Below are positions 1-29,009 of a stretch of DNA of 64,000 nucleotides, in pieces. Every line of letters starts with the position of its first letter. The first letter of the stretch is position 1. Under the pieces are notes generated by a model. The model made no database searches, was not told the DNA's origin, and saw only the letters and a list, made by a program, of their open reading frames with translations. Source of the DNA: Aplysia californica. Lineage: Eukaryota. The stretch is from contig NW_004797689.1 in assembly GCF_000002075.1 (NCBI RefSeq), forward strand, positions 178,513 to 242,512, read 5' to 3'. A program made the position numbers and the translations under genes.

Positions 1-309
1 CCACCCCCACCCCTGCATTTAACAATGATTTGATGTTTTGGCAATAATTAGGATTGATATTTACTTTTTTAAAATTAATTGGCAAGGGATGTAGTGGCCA
101 TGGTACGTGTGTTCTACAGCAAAAAATATGGCAGTTTAGCCTTCGAATCAATGCATCTATGTGTGGGTGCATAAGTAAAAATTTACCCAGTATTTTGCGT
201 GCGCAAAGCGAAGCCCGGTCAGAATGAACACTTGTATAGATAGGCAAGCAAATGAATGGATAAATAAAAGCGTGAGCTTTTCGTGGTACGACGATGACGT
301 CTCGAGTAC

Positions 310-360
310 ATTCTTCCGGTTACCAAAAATTGCGGGAAATCGCTGATTCCGCGCCAACAA
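310..360 (+). promoter_or_regulatory. MCM5 promoter with E2F-like and ETS-like sites
   Basis: GCGGGAAA at 332-339 (E2F consensus TTTCCCGC on the minus strand), TTCCGCGCC at 347-355 and CTTCCGG at 313-319, in a CpG-richer patch about 150 bp upstream of the ATG. MCM genes are established E2F targets. Confidence 0.6.
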
Positions 361-496
361 AGGAGGGGCAGAGAAGAGACAGCGGAACATTGATAAGTGT
401 TGGAATAATCTTGGATTTGCATCTAAATACACGATTCTGGTCTGATCATTGTCTGTTCACTTGATTTTTCTTCGGAATTTACGTTATATTGGGAAA

Positions 497-16854
<16,358 letters not shown>

Positions 16855-17665
16855 TATGTATAATTTGTGATCCGATTGTTTGTTTCTGGCTGTTCATATA
16901 TTGCTTAAATTTTGTCGCATATAATTGTTTCTGTATTATGTAGTGTTTCTACTTTACTCATTGATCTTAAACGGTTACAGGACAGACCCATACATGTATT
17001 TGCCTCTGGGCACAAAAATGAGCATTAACATGGCTCACTTTTTTTGTCCCCGAGGGATGATGACCAAGTGATATTTTTTGTGTGTGGGCGATAAATTTGA
17101 AGATAATCCAAATACAATAGAACATGGCTATAGCGTGACTTTAGGTTCCAGAAGAAAAATCCCACTGTAGGCGAGTTCCCGCTATTGGAATGCAAATGGG
17201 AAATTACCGAAAAATTTCTAAGCATCCACATGATTACATCCCTTCCATATCAATAAAATTTGCTCTTTAGATTAGTCTTTCTTTTCTTGTCAGCTTCGTC
17301 GATTATCTCGGCCTTTAATTCGAGTGGGAAGCATTTAATTTAGTCTTTGTTGGAAGCCATCTTTTCCTCAGTTTGTGGAAGTAAGAGAATAAGTCACGAC
17401 ATTGCTTTAGCAGAGATGAATGGTGTTGAATCATGAATGTAACTCTGTGGGCAACTTTTAAACCCTCTGCACTTCTTTCATACCATGTTTCTCTAGGTTT
17501 TGCAATGGCTGTTGTCCGTGATGAGCTGATGATATTGTATTATATGCTTTGGTATTTTTTGTTAGAACAACTATTGTCATTTCATGATTCCTCATTGTAT
17601 TATAAAGATATCGGCATCTCTCTTTTGATTGTGTATTTTTGAAGCCTAGTTCTTCATTGATGATA

Positions 17666-17671
17666 AATAAA
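17666..17671 (+). other. Candidate MCM5 polyadenylation signal
   Basis: AATAAA followed by a T/GT-rich tract. An alternative AATAAA lies at 17252-17257. Confidence 0.45.
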
Positions 17672-17800
17672 AGAATACAATAGAATTTTCCTTTTTGTAT
17701 TTATTTATGTGTGCTGTGTGATATTTTTTGCTTTGTGCAGGTTTTGGTGTTAAACTTTATGGAGCACCATTAATTTCAGTTATGTTGTTTTATATCAGTA

Positions 17801-18654
17801 CAGTAGTCTCCGCCTAAGATCCCACCGCTTACGATCCCGGTTCACTTAAGATCCCGCTGTTTTAAGAAAACAGAATTTTTACTATACAAAAGTCACCCCT
17901 AAGATCCCGAATTTTGGATCATAATTTGCGGAACAAAAACGCGGGCGGGCACAGCCGATCAACCAAGTGTGAAAAGTTGAGATCAATGAACTGTCCGTAG
18001 CGTCAAAGATCAGTCACTATCGTCAATGTGATCACATACACGTAAAACTCGATGAAGCGATACAATGTTTGCCCCAGACGGGATCACACCGAGGTGTGAA
18101 CTGACTGACTAGTTTATTTTCCCCACACATCGCACTCACACCTGAGCTCTCCCCCTAAACTTACATCACTCGCAGGGTGGGTAGGGCCTTCATGTTCGCT
18201 CCAGGCGCGATCACATCGAACTGTGAACTCTCCTTGACCATTGCAGCAGTTGTCTCTACTCCCAAATTTGCGAGACAGGCTGAATTTTAATTGGTGTGTA
18301 ACGACAAAGGCTGTTGGGGAGGGGCGAACTCAGTCAGAGATGGAAAGCTATAAGTTTTCGACAGGTAAAGGGGAGGGGCAACTAGTTAAACGTAGATCTT
18401 GAGACTCACGAAAGGATAATAAGTGAAAATGGCATGCCACTATGCACTGTGATAGGTCAAGGTTAACCACTCTTTGCTCACCATATGTCATAAACCCACC
18501 AAGGTTTCACGTCAGTTCAATTTAGAGTGGAGGGAGACCATTTTACCGATTGTGAGCCTTAACATGGGTCATCGTGGATTCTTCAAAGGGTTCGTCGGCT
18601 AAGATCCCGCATTTCCTTGCTCCGGAGCACCGGGATCTTAGGCGGAGACTACTG
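17801..18654. mobile_element. pogo/Tc1-type MITE with perfect 23-bp TIR
   Basis: TA-CAGTAGTCTCCGCCTAAGATCCC...GGGATCTTAGGCGGAGACTACTG-TA, with subterminal TAAGATCCC repeats. Confidence 0.92.
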
Positions 18655-19269
18655 TACATGAAAAGTTCAAGACCAAAACTAATCAAATGGAATTCTTTTA
18701 GAAATATGCTGTAGGCCTACAGTCGACCACAGATGAGTTGATTGGGGGGGTCCAAAATTTCCAATTCATCTATCATCTATACTTCAACTTAACTTTTGAA
18801 ACCTGAAAGAAGAGGTGCTCTGATCTGAGAAAAAGATTAACTCAAGCGAGTTCAGCACAAGTGGAGTTGTCTGTAGTAGTGTTTTGTCTATGGACATGTA
18901 TGGAGCAATTTCTTTCTTTCTCATTACACCTTCACAATTCAATAAGATTGCAGGCTGTGGGGATGTCCACTTGGTCCATGAGATATGGGCGGAATGCAAA
19001 GATATAGGCTTGGTTCATTGGTGTTTTGGTGCTGCTATTGTTTCTGAAGGATTTGGTATTCAGTGATGGTATGGAAGACAGTTGAAGCGGCCCACCTCCT
19101 GATTGATCTAAATTGTGTTAAACAATGGAGGGAAAAGGTGTTGTCAAGTCCACTGACAAGTGTTTTTCAAGAGTGTCCTTACACTCCACCACATGTACTT
19201 GTACTTGTACAGTAGAGTCCACTTTCGTTTGGTCCGAAAACAGTGGTAAACCAAAAGAGTATACCAGTA

Positions 19270-20158
19270 CAGTGGAGTCCACTTATAAGTTATTATAACG
19301 AGTTCTGAAACAAGAAGTCCGTTATAAAGACACTATTCTAAAACCCTGTTTTCCCCCTTCTTTATCTTTGTTAAAAAACTTCTGCTATAGCGCAACCAGA
19401 CAAACACACGAGTTGGTTATACTACAATACTAGCGGAATAGTGCTGCTGGTGTGCACATTGCTTTATAGGCTAATAATGAAAAACCTTGCCAGTTGAGAC
19501 AATTGTTGATGATCTAGCGAAACAAAGAATGGGATAGCCCATGTGTGCCAACAATGAAGACCAGAGCGAATGATGTGGACAGTGGCGTGCGCAGACACGC
19601 TGAATACATCGTGTGATAGTGAATAGTAATAATAGTACTGATAGATCTAGGCCAGCCTAGTCTAGATTATCTATCTAGGCCTACAATGTCTCTCACTTCT
19701 CCGATGCGTGGAGGGAGAGGTCACAGTGATGTGATGGATGGATCGAATGTGTGATGTGGACCAGGCGTACCCAATGGCAAGCAAACGGAACGCATCGCAG
19801 GGTGTGGTGGGGTGAGTGAGGGGCAACACAGCGGGCGAGTTAGCCTAGTAGTGCCCTTTCTTTCTGATCGCCAATGCCGAGCTGTCAACTTCGCCAGCGC
19901 TAGAGAAAGAAACTTAATTCGATTTTTGATCAAGTAAAAGACCTAGAGGTCATTTTGAACTAAGTCAACATCAGAGGAAGTAACAAAAATAAATAAACAG
20001 AACACCAAACTCATATCATAGATTAGGCCTACTTTATTTTGTTCCTTGAATTTATTACTGGATCTCTTATAACGAGAATCCTGCTATAACTACATGTATA
20101 AGGAATACATTGTATTCCGCAACAATCCCCTCCCTCTCGTTTTAACAGGATTCCACTG
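19270..20158 (+). mobile_element. MITE family A, copy 2
   Basis: TA-CAGTGGAGTCCACTTATAA...AACAGGATTCCACTG-TA. Confidence 0.85.
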
Positions 20159-20231
20159 TAGTATGAAATCCTCCTTGATTGTTAGTCTTCTTTGTCTTTG
20201 TAAGAAAATCATCGATGGGAGGGGGGGGGGG

Positions 20232-21490
20232 AGTGTTTTTTACGGCACGGCGCTAGCAACTGCACAGTACATATCATATGAATATATATGAGTATGAGAG
20301 CATGGGACGCATATTAAACGTTTTCAGTTGGAAGGAAATTTTGATCAATTTTGGACCACCAAAGGGTCTTTAGCGTGCATAACTTGCACATGAGACCTCC
20401 AGAAATGTTTCACCCTTATCCGAGAAGGCCAGGTGTTGTTTGATCTTTACTTACCATCATAGGATCAGGGGTGTGACTGTAAGAAGACAGCAGTTACAGT
20501 GGAACTCAGGATTCAACGAGGTCGCTGGGCCTGACCTAAAATCTCGTTGAATCCGAGTGTTCGTTATAGCAAACACTATGTTTTTTTGTAGATAATTACA
20601 GGCACCGAGGAAGAAGTATAGAGAAGTCACAAGTAGTGCCTGGAATGCCTGCATATTATGAGCTGTGTAAAGAAAGACCGGTTCGTTCAAATGCACACAC
20701 CTGTGTCATCTCGATTGTTTACGAAAAAGTTGTGTTGCTGTGAAGAGTCTAGCATACGACAACTTTAGATTCCTAGCGCACAATTCATTACGTAGTAGTT
20801 CTACGTCAAGACTAGCTTATCATTGTAATAATGATCAGTTGTCGAGGGGGAAAAAAAAGACTGACGCGTTAGTATCTGCGACATTCAACGCCCGGACCGC
20901 TAGTGCGCCCCGTCCCCAACACGCACCCACAGTCACACGTGTGCAGGCCGCCCATCCGACCCCGACACAAGCCAGAGTAGACACGTGTGCGTGCCAAAAA
21001 CGCATGTGTTGGTATGAAAAAGGCCGCTGATTGGTCGCATGCAATCGGCTAAGTGAATAATGGCTCACGATGCAGGTGCTAAGGATGGTTTCCGGGAATA
21101 TATAAAGTTCGTTCTGGGAGAAAAATGAGCGAAGCCACGTCCCCAGGGGCTGTTCACCCTGGAAGCAACCTCGTTGAATCCGAGCACGCTGATTTAAGTT
21201 CTCGTTGAATCCGGGTTATTTTTTTTAAAAATTGATTTTAAAGAAGACGAAAAACGGGGAATCTATCTCATCTCGTTGAATCCGAGAAGAAGCCAAGGAG
21301 TTGCAGAGGAAAGAGCCAGGAGCTCAGAGGAGCGGGTAAAGGGGTAGGTAGGGATGGAAAGTGGGACGAGAGCAGAAAAAAAAAATGAAAGAAAATTTTA
21401 GAGAAAACTATCCGTCACTCTCCGAATTCGAACTCGGGACCAATTGAATGAGAGGCGAACACCGTAACTTCTCCACCACGAGAGTCTCCC
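20232..21490 (-). mobile_element. Same SINE family, split by an inserted MITE (SINE parts 20232-20496 and 21285-21490)
   Basis: Both halves are collinear with the 24.4-kb copy. The break falls at GACAGCAGTTA|...|AGAAGAAGCCAAGGAG. Confidence 0.75.
20497..21284. mobile_element. pogo/Tc1-type MITE nested in SINE
   Basis: Left end TA-CAGTGGAACTCAGGATTCAACGAG. Repeated CTCGTTGAATCCG motifs at about 20543, 21170, 21201 and 21272; right terminus clipped. Segment 20640-20838 recurs inverted at 2040-2248. Confidence 0.7.
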
Positions 21491-21889
21491 CATCGATCTG
21501 TATAAAGATCCCATATATCTGAACCGAAAAAGGTGTCAAGGGTTATGTTGACTAGGTTCTAAATCTTCACTAGACTCGAGCAACCCTCAACGTAGAAAAT
21601 TCTCCAAAATCGTTCTTTTTCGAGTCATTGTCCGATTCCTTGTCTTGTCCCATTTCTCTCACTCATCTCACACTTTTAATTTTTTTTATTAAACCCCCAA
21701 AAACACGTTATCTCGTCGTAGGTATTTGCAGTTGAGGATTCACTCCTTGACTGACTNNNNNNNNNNNNNNNNNNNNNNNNNNNNNNNNNNNNNNNNNNNN
21801 NNNNNNNNNNNNNNNNNNNNNNNNNNNNNNNNNNNNNNNNNNNNNNNNNNNNNNNNNNNNNNNNNNNNNNNNNNNNNNNNNNNNNNNNN

Positions 21890-22618
21890 GGCTACCTCTA
21901 TAAGACGGCCACCTGTATATAATTTAACTGTGTAAAACGGGCACCTGTCCAACGCAGCCGCGGCCACAATAATTTAACACACAACCCCTATCATACTAAG
22001 CAATAATACCTGTCTAAGACAGTCACCTTAGTGACTTCATTACGTTTTGTCATAAATTGTGCATTGGCCCCTGGCGTTGTGGGCGAGCCGTCATAATTCA
22101 ATCATCGGTAGTCCCTCCAACCGATTATGTTGCGTAGGCCCCTCCCACTGTTGACCAATAGCAACCAATTTTCAGCTGCTGGTGAGGTAAGCGTGTGATC
22201 CCTCATAACCCATAAGCCCTGCCCAGAACTCATACACAAATCGTAAGTGAGATGAGAGGTTACTGTTTACCCAGTCTGTAACAAAGGACGTCAACATGAA
22301 CTTGTTACAAAAGCGTCCCTCGTTCTCCGAGTGGTGGCGACCCATGCGTTTGTTTTAACATGGCACTCGGTCTTCCTTGTCTGATACATTTCGTTTTATT
22401 GTCACCATTGTGCAAAATCAGCGACAAAATAAAAATTACAAACAAAATACAAACCAACACCAACAAAGACAACAACAATGGGGTTACTTTCGATTGGGGC
22501 CTCAGATGGGAATGGTTTGTTTCCTTTATCTTGATCAGTCCTGCCTAAGATGGCCACCTGTCGTATACGGCCACTTTTCTACTTGACAATGGGTGGCCGT
22601 CTTACACAGGTTTGACTG
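21890..22618. mobile_element. pogo/Tigger-type MITE, left end in gap
   Basis: Subterminal TAAGACGGCCACC repeats. Right end GGTGGCCGTCTTACACAGGTTTGACTG-TA. A related left end lies at about 47193. Confidence 0.75.
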
Positions 22619-22634
22619 TATATATATATATATA

Positions 22635-23429
22635 CAGTGGAGTCCACTTATAACGAGTCCGGAAAAAACGAGAAGTCTGTTATTAAGACACTATTCTAAA
22701 ACCCCGTTTTTTTCTCCTCTTTACCTTTGCAAATACAATACTGCTATAGCGCTATCAGACAAACATGAGAGTCGGTTATAGCGGAATATTGCTGCTGCTG
22801 GGCACAGTGCATAGGCCAATTATACATAACGTAAAACCTCGCCAGTTGAGAAATTTATTGGTGATCTTGCGAAACAAAGAAAAGGAGAGCCCATGTGCGT
22901 CAATAATGAAGGCCGGGGCAACTGAGTAGGGAGGGTGTGGCATGCGCAGACAAGTAGAACGCATCGTGTGATATGCCATCGTAAGTCTAGTTTAGATTAT
23001 CAATGCCTACCATGCCTCTCACTTTTCCGATGCGGGGATGGAGAGGTCACAGCAATGTGATGGACGGAGCGAATGTGTGACGTGCGCAAGCAGACAGAAT
23101 GCACCACAGGGTGTGGTGGGGTGGGGTAAAACACAGCGGGTGAGTTAACCCAGAGTCTTTTCTTTCTGATCGCCAACACCGAGCTGTCAGTCCACATCGC
23201 TAGAGAAAGAAACCTGATTCGATTTTTGATCAAGTAAGACCTAGAGGTCATGTTGAAACAAAATGTCATCAGGGGAGATAGCAAAAGGAAATAAACAGAA
23301 CACCAAACTCATAGATTAGGCCTACTTTGCAGTTTCCCTTGAATTTATTACTGGATCCCTTATAGCGAGAATCCTGCTATAACGGACATTTTGCTCCGGT
23401 CCCCTCCCTCTCGTTATAACAGGATTCCA

Positions 23430-23432
<3 letters not shown>
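22635..23432 (+). mobile_element. MITE family A, copy 3, inside a (TA)n tract
   Basis: TIRs CAGTGGAGTCCACTTATAACGAG / CTCGTTATAACAGGATTCCACTG, with (TA)n on both flanks. Confidence 0.9.

Positions 23433-23488
<56 letters not shown>
23433..23488. repeat. (TA)n microsatellite
   Basis: Direct reading. Confidence 0.95.
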
Positions 23489-23491
<3 letters not shown>

Positions 23492-24440
23492 GAGTCCACA
23501 AACCTCGAAAATGAAAATCAGGAATTCTCTGGTATCTCGAACTTAATACTTGGTCCTGTTTCAGTTTCAGCTCCTACGTTTTCTTTGTACATGACATGTA
23601 CATGTATTTACTTCACGGAGTTCCCGAGCGAACGGAAAACTCGAACTCGAACAAATCCATTTCGCATTCTCAACCTTTCTGGCCGGGGGTAGGTGTTTCT
23701 TTGTTATTGTAACAGCCAAAACGTGGTCCTTGTTTCACTACGAGAGGAGAAGGGGGGTTCGGGAGTGATGCTGACCCCCAGAATTCTACACTTCGCCTCA
23801 TATCCAGCACCCTCCTCCTAGTATAGCAAATCGAGTGTTCTTTAGTATCAGTCTAGCATAAAGCACAAAGGTCCCAGTTGATTTCTTGACATCTTCTCTC
23901 ATCCTCTCCTCTCGTTTCATGAAATGCAACGTCACTTTCAAGGCGAGTGAATTGTCGTGCCATGGTGCTTAATGAAGAAAAAAGTGATATGGACATGTGC
24001 TTTTTTTATCGTTGACTCATGGAATAGTTTGTTGATAAAGTTCCTTTTTGAGTTGTTTTCTTAATTTGTATGCATAGTTTATGTACATCAAGTGAAGAAA
24101 TTATAAGTTGGATTTGCTCGACTCAAAGCCATACTTAACGTGCATTACGATGATGCTCAGTCATCATGTCCATTACTGTATGTAAATGATATTATTCTTT
24201 CGCTTATCCAACCCATTCATGGAACAGTAACACTTATTCCACAAAAAATTAAAACACTCACTCTCAAACAAAGTCTAAGAACGGAATATTACGGCTGTTT
24301 TGTCATCAATCGCCATATCCTGCATTTGGTGTACCCAAAGAATTAGTAGGTTGTGGTCACAATGGAGCACCATACTTTTTCGCCTATTTTGCTAGCGTTA
24401 GCGTTGCTATTGCAGTGATTGTTTTTAATTTCTCTACTCT

Positions 24441-24971
24441 TTTTTGTTTTTTGTTTTTGTAAAGTGTTTTACGGCGCTCGCAACTGCATAGGTCATATGA
24501 GCGCGCGGGACACACCTAATATTTTCAGTTGGTAGGAAATTTTGAATTTTGCCCGGGTGGCGGCCGAAGCCTACTCTTATCGATTTTAGACCACCAAGGG
24601 ATCTTTAACGTGCACAACTTGCACACGGGACCTCCGAGATTTTTCGCCCTTGTCCGAGAAGGCTAGGTGTAGATCTTTCCTACCAGAAGATCAGGGGTGT
24701 GGCAGAAAGACAGCAGTTAGGAGGAGCCAAGGAGTAGCAGTAGAAAGGCTGCAGAAAGAGTCAGGAGCCCAGAGGAGGGGGCAAAGGAGGTGAGGGGGTG
24801 GGGGCAGAAAGTGGAATTGAAAGCAGACAACAGAACATTGCTAGAGAGCAGGAAAGGAGGTGAAAGGAGACAATTTTAGAGAAGAAAATTTTTCGGTCGC
24901 TACCCGGATTCGAACCCGGGACCTTTGAATGAGAGGCCAACACCTTAACCTCTAGGCCACGAGAGCCCCCT
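24441..24971 (-). mobile_element. Full-length tRNA(Glu)-derived SINE with Nin/Deu-like central domain
   Basis: Minus-strand head GGGGGCTCTCGTGGCCTAGAGGTTAAGG...CTCTCAT...GGTTCGAATCC has A and B boxes and a CTC anticodon-like loop. Body GAGGTCCCGTG...GCACGTTAAAGATCCC...TAAGAGTAGG...GGCAAAATT resembles the Deu/Nin domain. A-rich tail. 12-bp TSD TTTCTCTACTCT. Confidence 0.85.
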
Positions 24972-25556
24972 TTTCTCTACTCTATAGCGCTTATGATGGT
25001 ATTTAATTTCTCTGCTTTAGTCTTTTGGCTAAATTAAAAAACTATTCACAACAGTTGCGCCTTATAATCGTAGTAAAACGGCGGCTCTGTGAACTTGTCC
25101 ACGAAGCGTAGGTCTACCGGAAACGTGTGTGTGTTGAGTTTTCAAGCTTGAGTTTTCAGCGGGGAAAAGTGTTGTCAGCTACATCCGGCATGGGAGGCTG
25201 GGGTTTTTTGTACGGTGCGCGGTTTTGGTCAAATAGCTAAATGAGTGATTTTTAATTAGCTCTCACGCCTAATTAAATACCACCAGTAATTGGATCCCCC
25301 TCTCAAACAACTATTTTATGCACATACAATTGAATGTGCATAGCCAAATGTCTCTAACACGTTGCGCAGTTAAAACGGATTAACGAAAGGGACTATCATC
25401 TGCAGTGTGGAATTCTGTGTGCTGACAGCACCGCATGACTGGATCGCCACGAGTGCAATCATGCTGTGAGACTGTGAGACGCACGCGGTGCGGATGGCAA
25501 GAGGCGTAACTCTCTGTAAGCCAATGAAATGAGAGGAAAGGAATGACATACGTAGG

Positions 25557-26024
25557 CAGTGTTGCCATCCAGATTTTTAAGAGACTACTAAATTTGGAGA
25601 AAAAAATTCCACTAAATGGGACGGAAAAAAACTTAAAATTTTTAAATCTGCCTTCTATTGCATATTTATTCCTTAAAAAAAAAAAACTGTAATAGCTGGT
25701 TCTTTATCTCTGACCAGTCAAACATATTCATAATATATAGGCCTATTGTACATCTATGACTCTTGATAATCTTTAGACAGGCCAGATTTTAGACTGTTCT
25801 TGGTTTGACTATAGTCATCATTTTCGCATTTATTTATTTATTTATTTTTAATTTATAACGTTTTTACAAAAGATTGACAAAATTATTTAATCGATTTTAT
25901 ATGATTGTTGTAAGTAAAACAAATCAAAACAAAAACCACTAAATGTGCTGCAAAAAAACTAAAAAACTAAATCGACCCAAAAAACACTAAATTTAGTGGT
26001 AAAAAACTAAGAATGGCAACATTG
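25557..26024. mobile_element. hAT (Tip100-like) MITE
   Basis: Termini CAGTGTTGCCAT...ATGGCAACATTG and repeated ACTAAA subterminal motifs. TSD decayed. Confidence 0.65.
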
Positions 26025-27138
26025 CGTGTAAGAGTCGGCTGTGCACACGTGAGATTTTCTGCTTTCCACTTTCATTAATCTTCTTGCTTTCACACCGTCA
26101 ACACGTCCATCAAGGTAGCTAACCACGTTAAATTTTTTATGTTTTTTTTAACCTTCCTTGATTTTCTCTCTATTTCTTTGTATTTGGAGCTTTCACGGAC
26201 ATGGCGAATTACGGAAATCTCGAACACTATTTCCAATCCCCGACGAATTCGAGCTACCCGCGTTTGACTGTACATCTTGTTTACTTGGTTGCCTAGCTAT
26301 GTTATGTAGTCATCCGAGGAAACGAGCAGGTCGATTTTCAGGCGATGGATTCCTTGTCCCTCCTGTTGGGATCAACAGAGAACACCCTCTGGCAGTGGCA
26401 GACAGACTTATTTTAAGAATAACCCCCCCCCCCCCCCCATAAAAGTTGTACCACCAGTCTGTGGGAGGAAAAATGGAGCGAACAAATAAAGGCATGAATA
26501 GTCAAACCTCGTTATACCCCCACCCGTTGTATCACTAGCCCCTCTTACTCTTACCGCCATGTTTTGCCAAACGAAAAGGATTGCCTATTTACACATGTAT
26601 TTATAAATATAGTATTTACGCCTTTACACTGCGATCCACCCATGTCTGAGTTACACGCTCTTTATAAAACTAAAGTAAATTTCCCCTGCATAACCGCCAG
26701 GGAATTGGCCGCCACAGATACACACGGCACACGACACCCTCTTGGTCAGGTGGCTGCTTGACAATTATCTTTCCCACAAACATCTCCGAGAGCTTGATCT
26801 GTTTTTAGTATGCTGTCGGTACATGTACATTGTATGGATTTGCTCTGATTATGAAAATTCTATTATTTTTAGGTTTTGATCAAAATCTTTTTTTTTCCCA
26901 AAAAGGATTGAAATGTCTGGTGAAACTTCAAAGGAACTGCATCCCCTCAGCCTGTGGGCAAAACATATCTGGTGTCGCCCGGTGACCAACAGGCTATCGG
27001 ACGACAATGAGGCTTTGTGAATTAAATTCATAATACATGATGTATTAGGCCTACATTGTGAGGACTCGCGCTCAAGTCTACATGACCGGTCTAAGACGAC
27101 CCAAAGACTGACGGGTATTGGGTCAAAGTCAAAAACAC

Positions 27139-27142
<4 letters not shown>

Positions 27143-27216
<74 letters not shown>
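27143..27216. repeat. (CA)n microsatellite
   Basis: Direct reading. Confidence 0.95.
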
Positions 27217-27217
<1 letters not shown>

Positions 27218-27221
<4 letters not shown>

Positions 27222-27508
27222 ATTTTACCTACCTTAAGATTAGGGGTGTGGCTGAAAGACAGCAGCAAGGAGCCATGGAGTAGCAGTAGAAAGGCTGCAG
27301 ACGGAGTCAAGCCAAGAGGAAGGGGCAAAGGGTGGGGGGGAGGGGAAGTGCAGACAGTGGAAACGAAAGCAGATGACATAGCATGGCTACATAGCAGGAA
27401 AGGAGAACTCTTTAAAAAAAGAAATTTTCCGTCGCTGTCAAGTTTCAAACCCGGGACCTACTGAATGAGATGCGAATACCATATAACCTCTTGACCACGA
27501 GAGCCCCC
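27218..27508 (-). mobile_element. Same SINE family, 5' half only, abutting (CA)n
   Basis: Aligns to 24670-24970, including the tRNA-like head. Confidence 0.75.
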
Positions 27509-28207
27509 TGACATCACAATATATACGTGTCCAAGTTCGAGGGGATGACTTGGAAGGGAGTTCCATTTTTTTGTCATTAGGAGGGTGACTGGGTGGGAGT
27601 CTATGGTTGCTATATAAACAAAGCATATGAAAACGTATTAGACAGAAATACATTGCCAGATGTAGCCTGCAGTCAAACACCGTTAAGATAGCAATCGGTG
27701 CCATCCCGTTTATACTACATGTACCAGCCCCGCTGTAACATCAACTTCTCGTCCCAGGTTTGGCGGTACAACGTCTTAACTAGATAATATAGATATCTAG
27801 TAATGGGCTAGAGACTAAAGACAATTAATTGTGACCAGGCCAGTTTTGATTCATCAAGATCTGTCATGCGCAAAGAAAAAAAACACCGAGTACATTAGCA
27901 TCTACAACCCCAACTGAATTTTTATTTTAATAGATTGAAACAATTCTGCCGGATCGGAGGCTAGGCTATAATAGTATGTGTAAAGGACCATGCAGACACA
28001 TAATTTCTTCAACCCGATACTCGTCAGTCCGCGGGCCGCTTCAGGCCTCTCACACGTAGGCTTCGTACATATAGTATGTATTGTGAGTCATCACAATAAT
28101 AAACTCGTCACGGGCGCACGCCTGTCTTTTAGTCATCGGGCCGATATCGAGGTTTGACTGTACCGGTACTGTACATTATTTTATTTTTATGCTCACATTG
28201 TTTCTCT

Positions 28208-28210
<3 letters not shown>

Positions 28211-28260
<50 letters not shown>
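28211..28260. repeat. (GA)n microsatellite
   Basis: Direct reading. Similar tracts at 9630-9712 (CT) and 53950-54004 (GA). Confidence 0.95.
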
Positions 28261-28265
<5 letters not shown>

Positions 28266-28450
28266 TTTCCTTAATTATTCTTTGTTAAAATTAATAGAAT
28301 CGCATAATTTCACATTTTTGGGCTCAGTTTGCATAATTTCTGAATTTTTCTTGCATAAAACGACGGGGACAGAAGTATGGGTAACACTGATACACATGTT
28401 ATTTGAGATGTTAATTTGAATATAAGTTGAGTCACAAAGTATTGACCGCT

Positions 28451-29009
28451 CACAGTAGAACATTAATTGCTATCAGGAGTTGCTCACCGTTTATAGGCCT
28501 AAGTGTGGGCCCCGGGACTTGGGGGGGGAGGGGGGGGGGGGGGGGAAGGGGGGGGAGATAATTTATTTCAAACATTAACCTCAATTTTGATATAGTGTCT
28601 TTACAGCTATTCAATGAAAGAATGCTTCAAAATACCGAAAAGTAATGAAGTTCACCATGTAGCTAATTGGGAACTACGCCCTTTCTGCCCACATTTAGCT
28701 TGTTCCGGAAAATAAGTCGAGTCATGAAATTTGACAGCACACAGTAGAACATTTTGCTTTCAGGGGTTGTTGCTCACCGTAGTAGGCTTGGGTCTACACG
28801 GTCAGAGATCGTATAAGAACGTATAGGCTTGGGTGTTGGGTTTGGGGGGGGGGAGGCAATATTTCATACATGATAAACCTCAATTGTTATAATATCTTTA
28901 CAGCTTTTCAATGAATGAATGCTTCAAAACACCGAAAAGTAATAAAGCTCGCCATGTAGCTATTAATGAACTAGTCTACGCCCTTTCTACGCACATTCAG
29001 CTTGTTCCG
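28451..29009 (+). repeat. Direct duplication of about 260-270 bp immediately upstream of LRRC73
   Basis: CACAGTAGAACATT...AGCTTGTTCCGG at 28451-28708 and 28740-29009. Confidence 0.85.

Larger units (their letters stand above)
26499..28160. mobile_element. Possible Tigger-type element containing (CA)n and a SINE fragment
   Basis: AGTCAAACCTCGTTAT at left and ATATCGAGGTTTGACTG-TA at right. The two ends could belong to separate elements. Confidence 0.45.

Noticed and set aside
18860-19170. Possible LINE endonuclease remnant (VGRFNC on the minus strand, resembling GDFN)
   Set aside because: A single weak motif with no extended frame.
24895-24970. Functional tRNA-Glu gene
   Set aside because: Acceptor and anticodon stems are broken, there is no terminator, and it continues into a SINE body bounded by a TSD.
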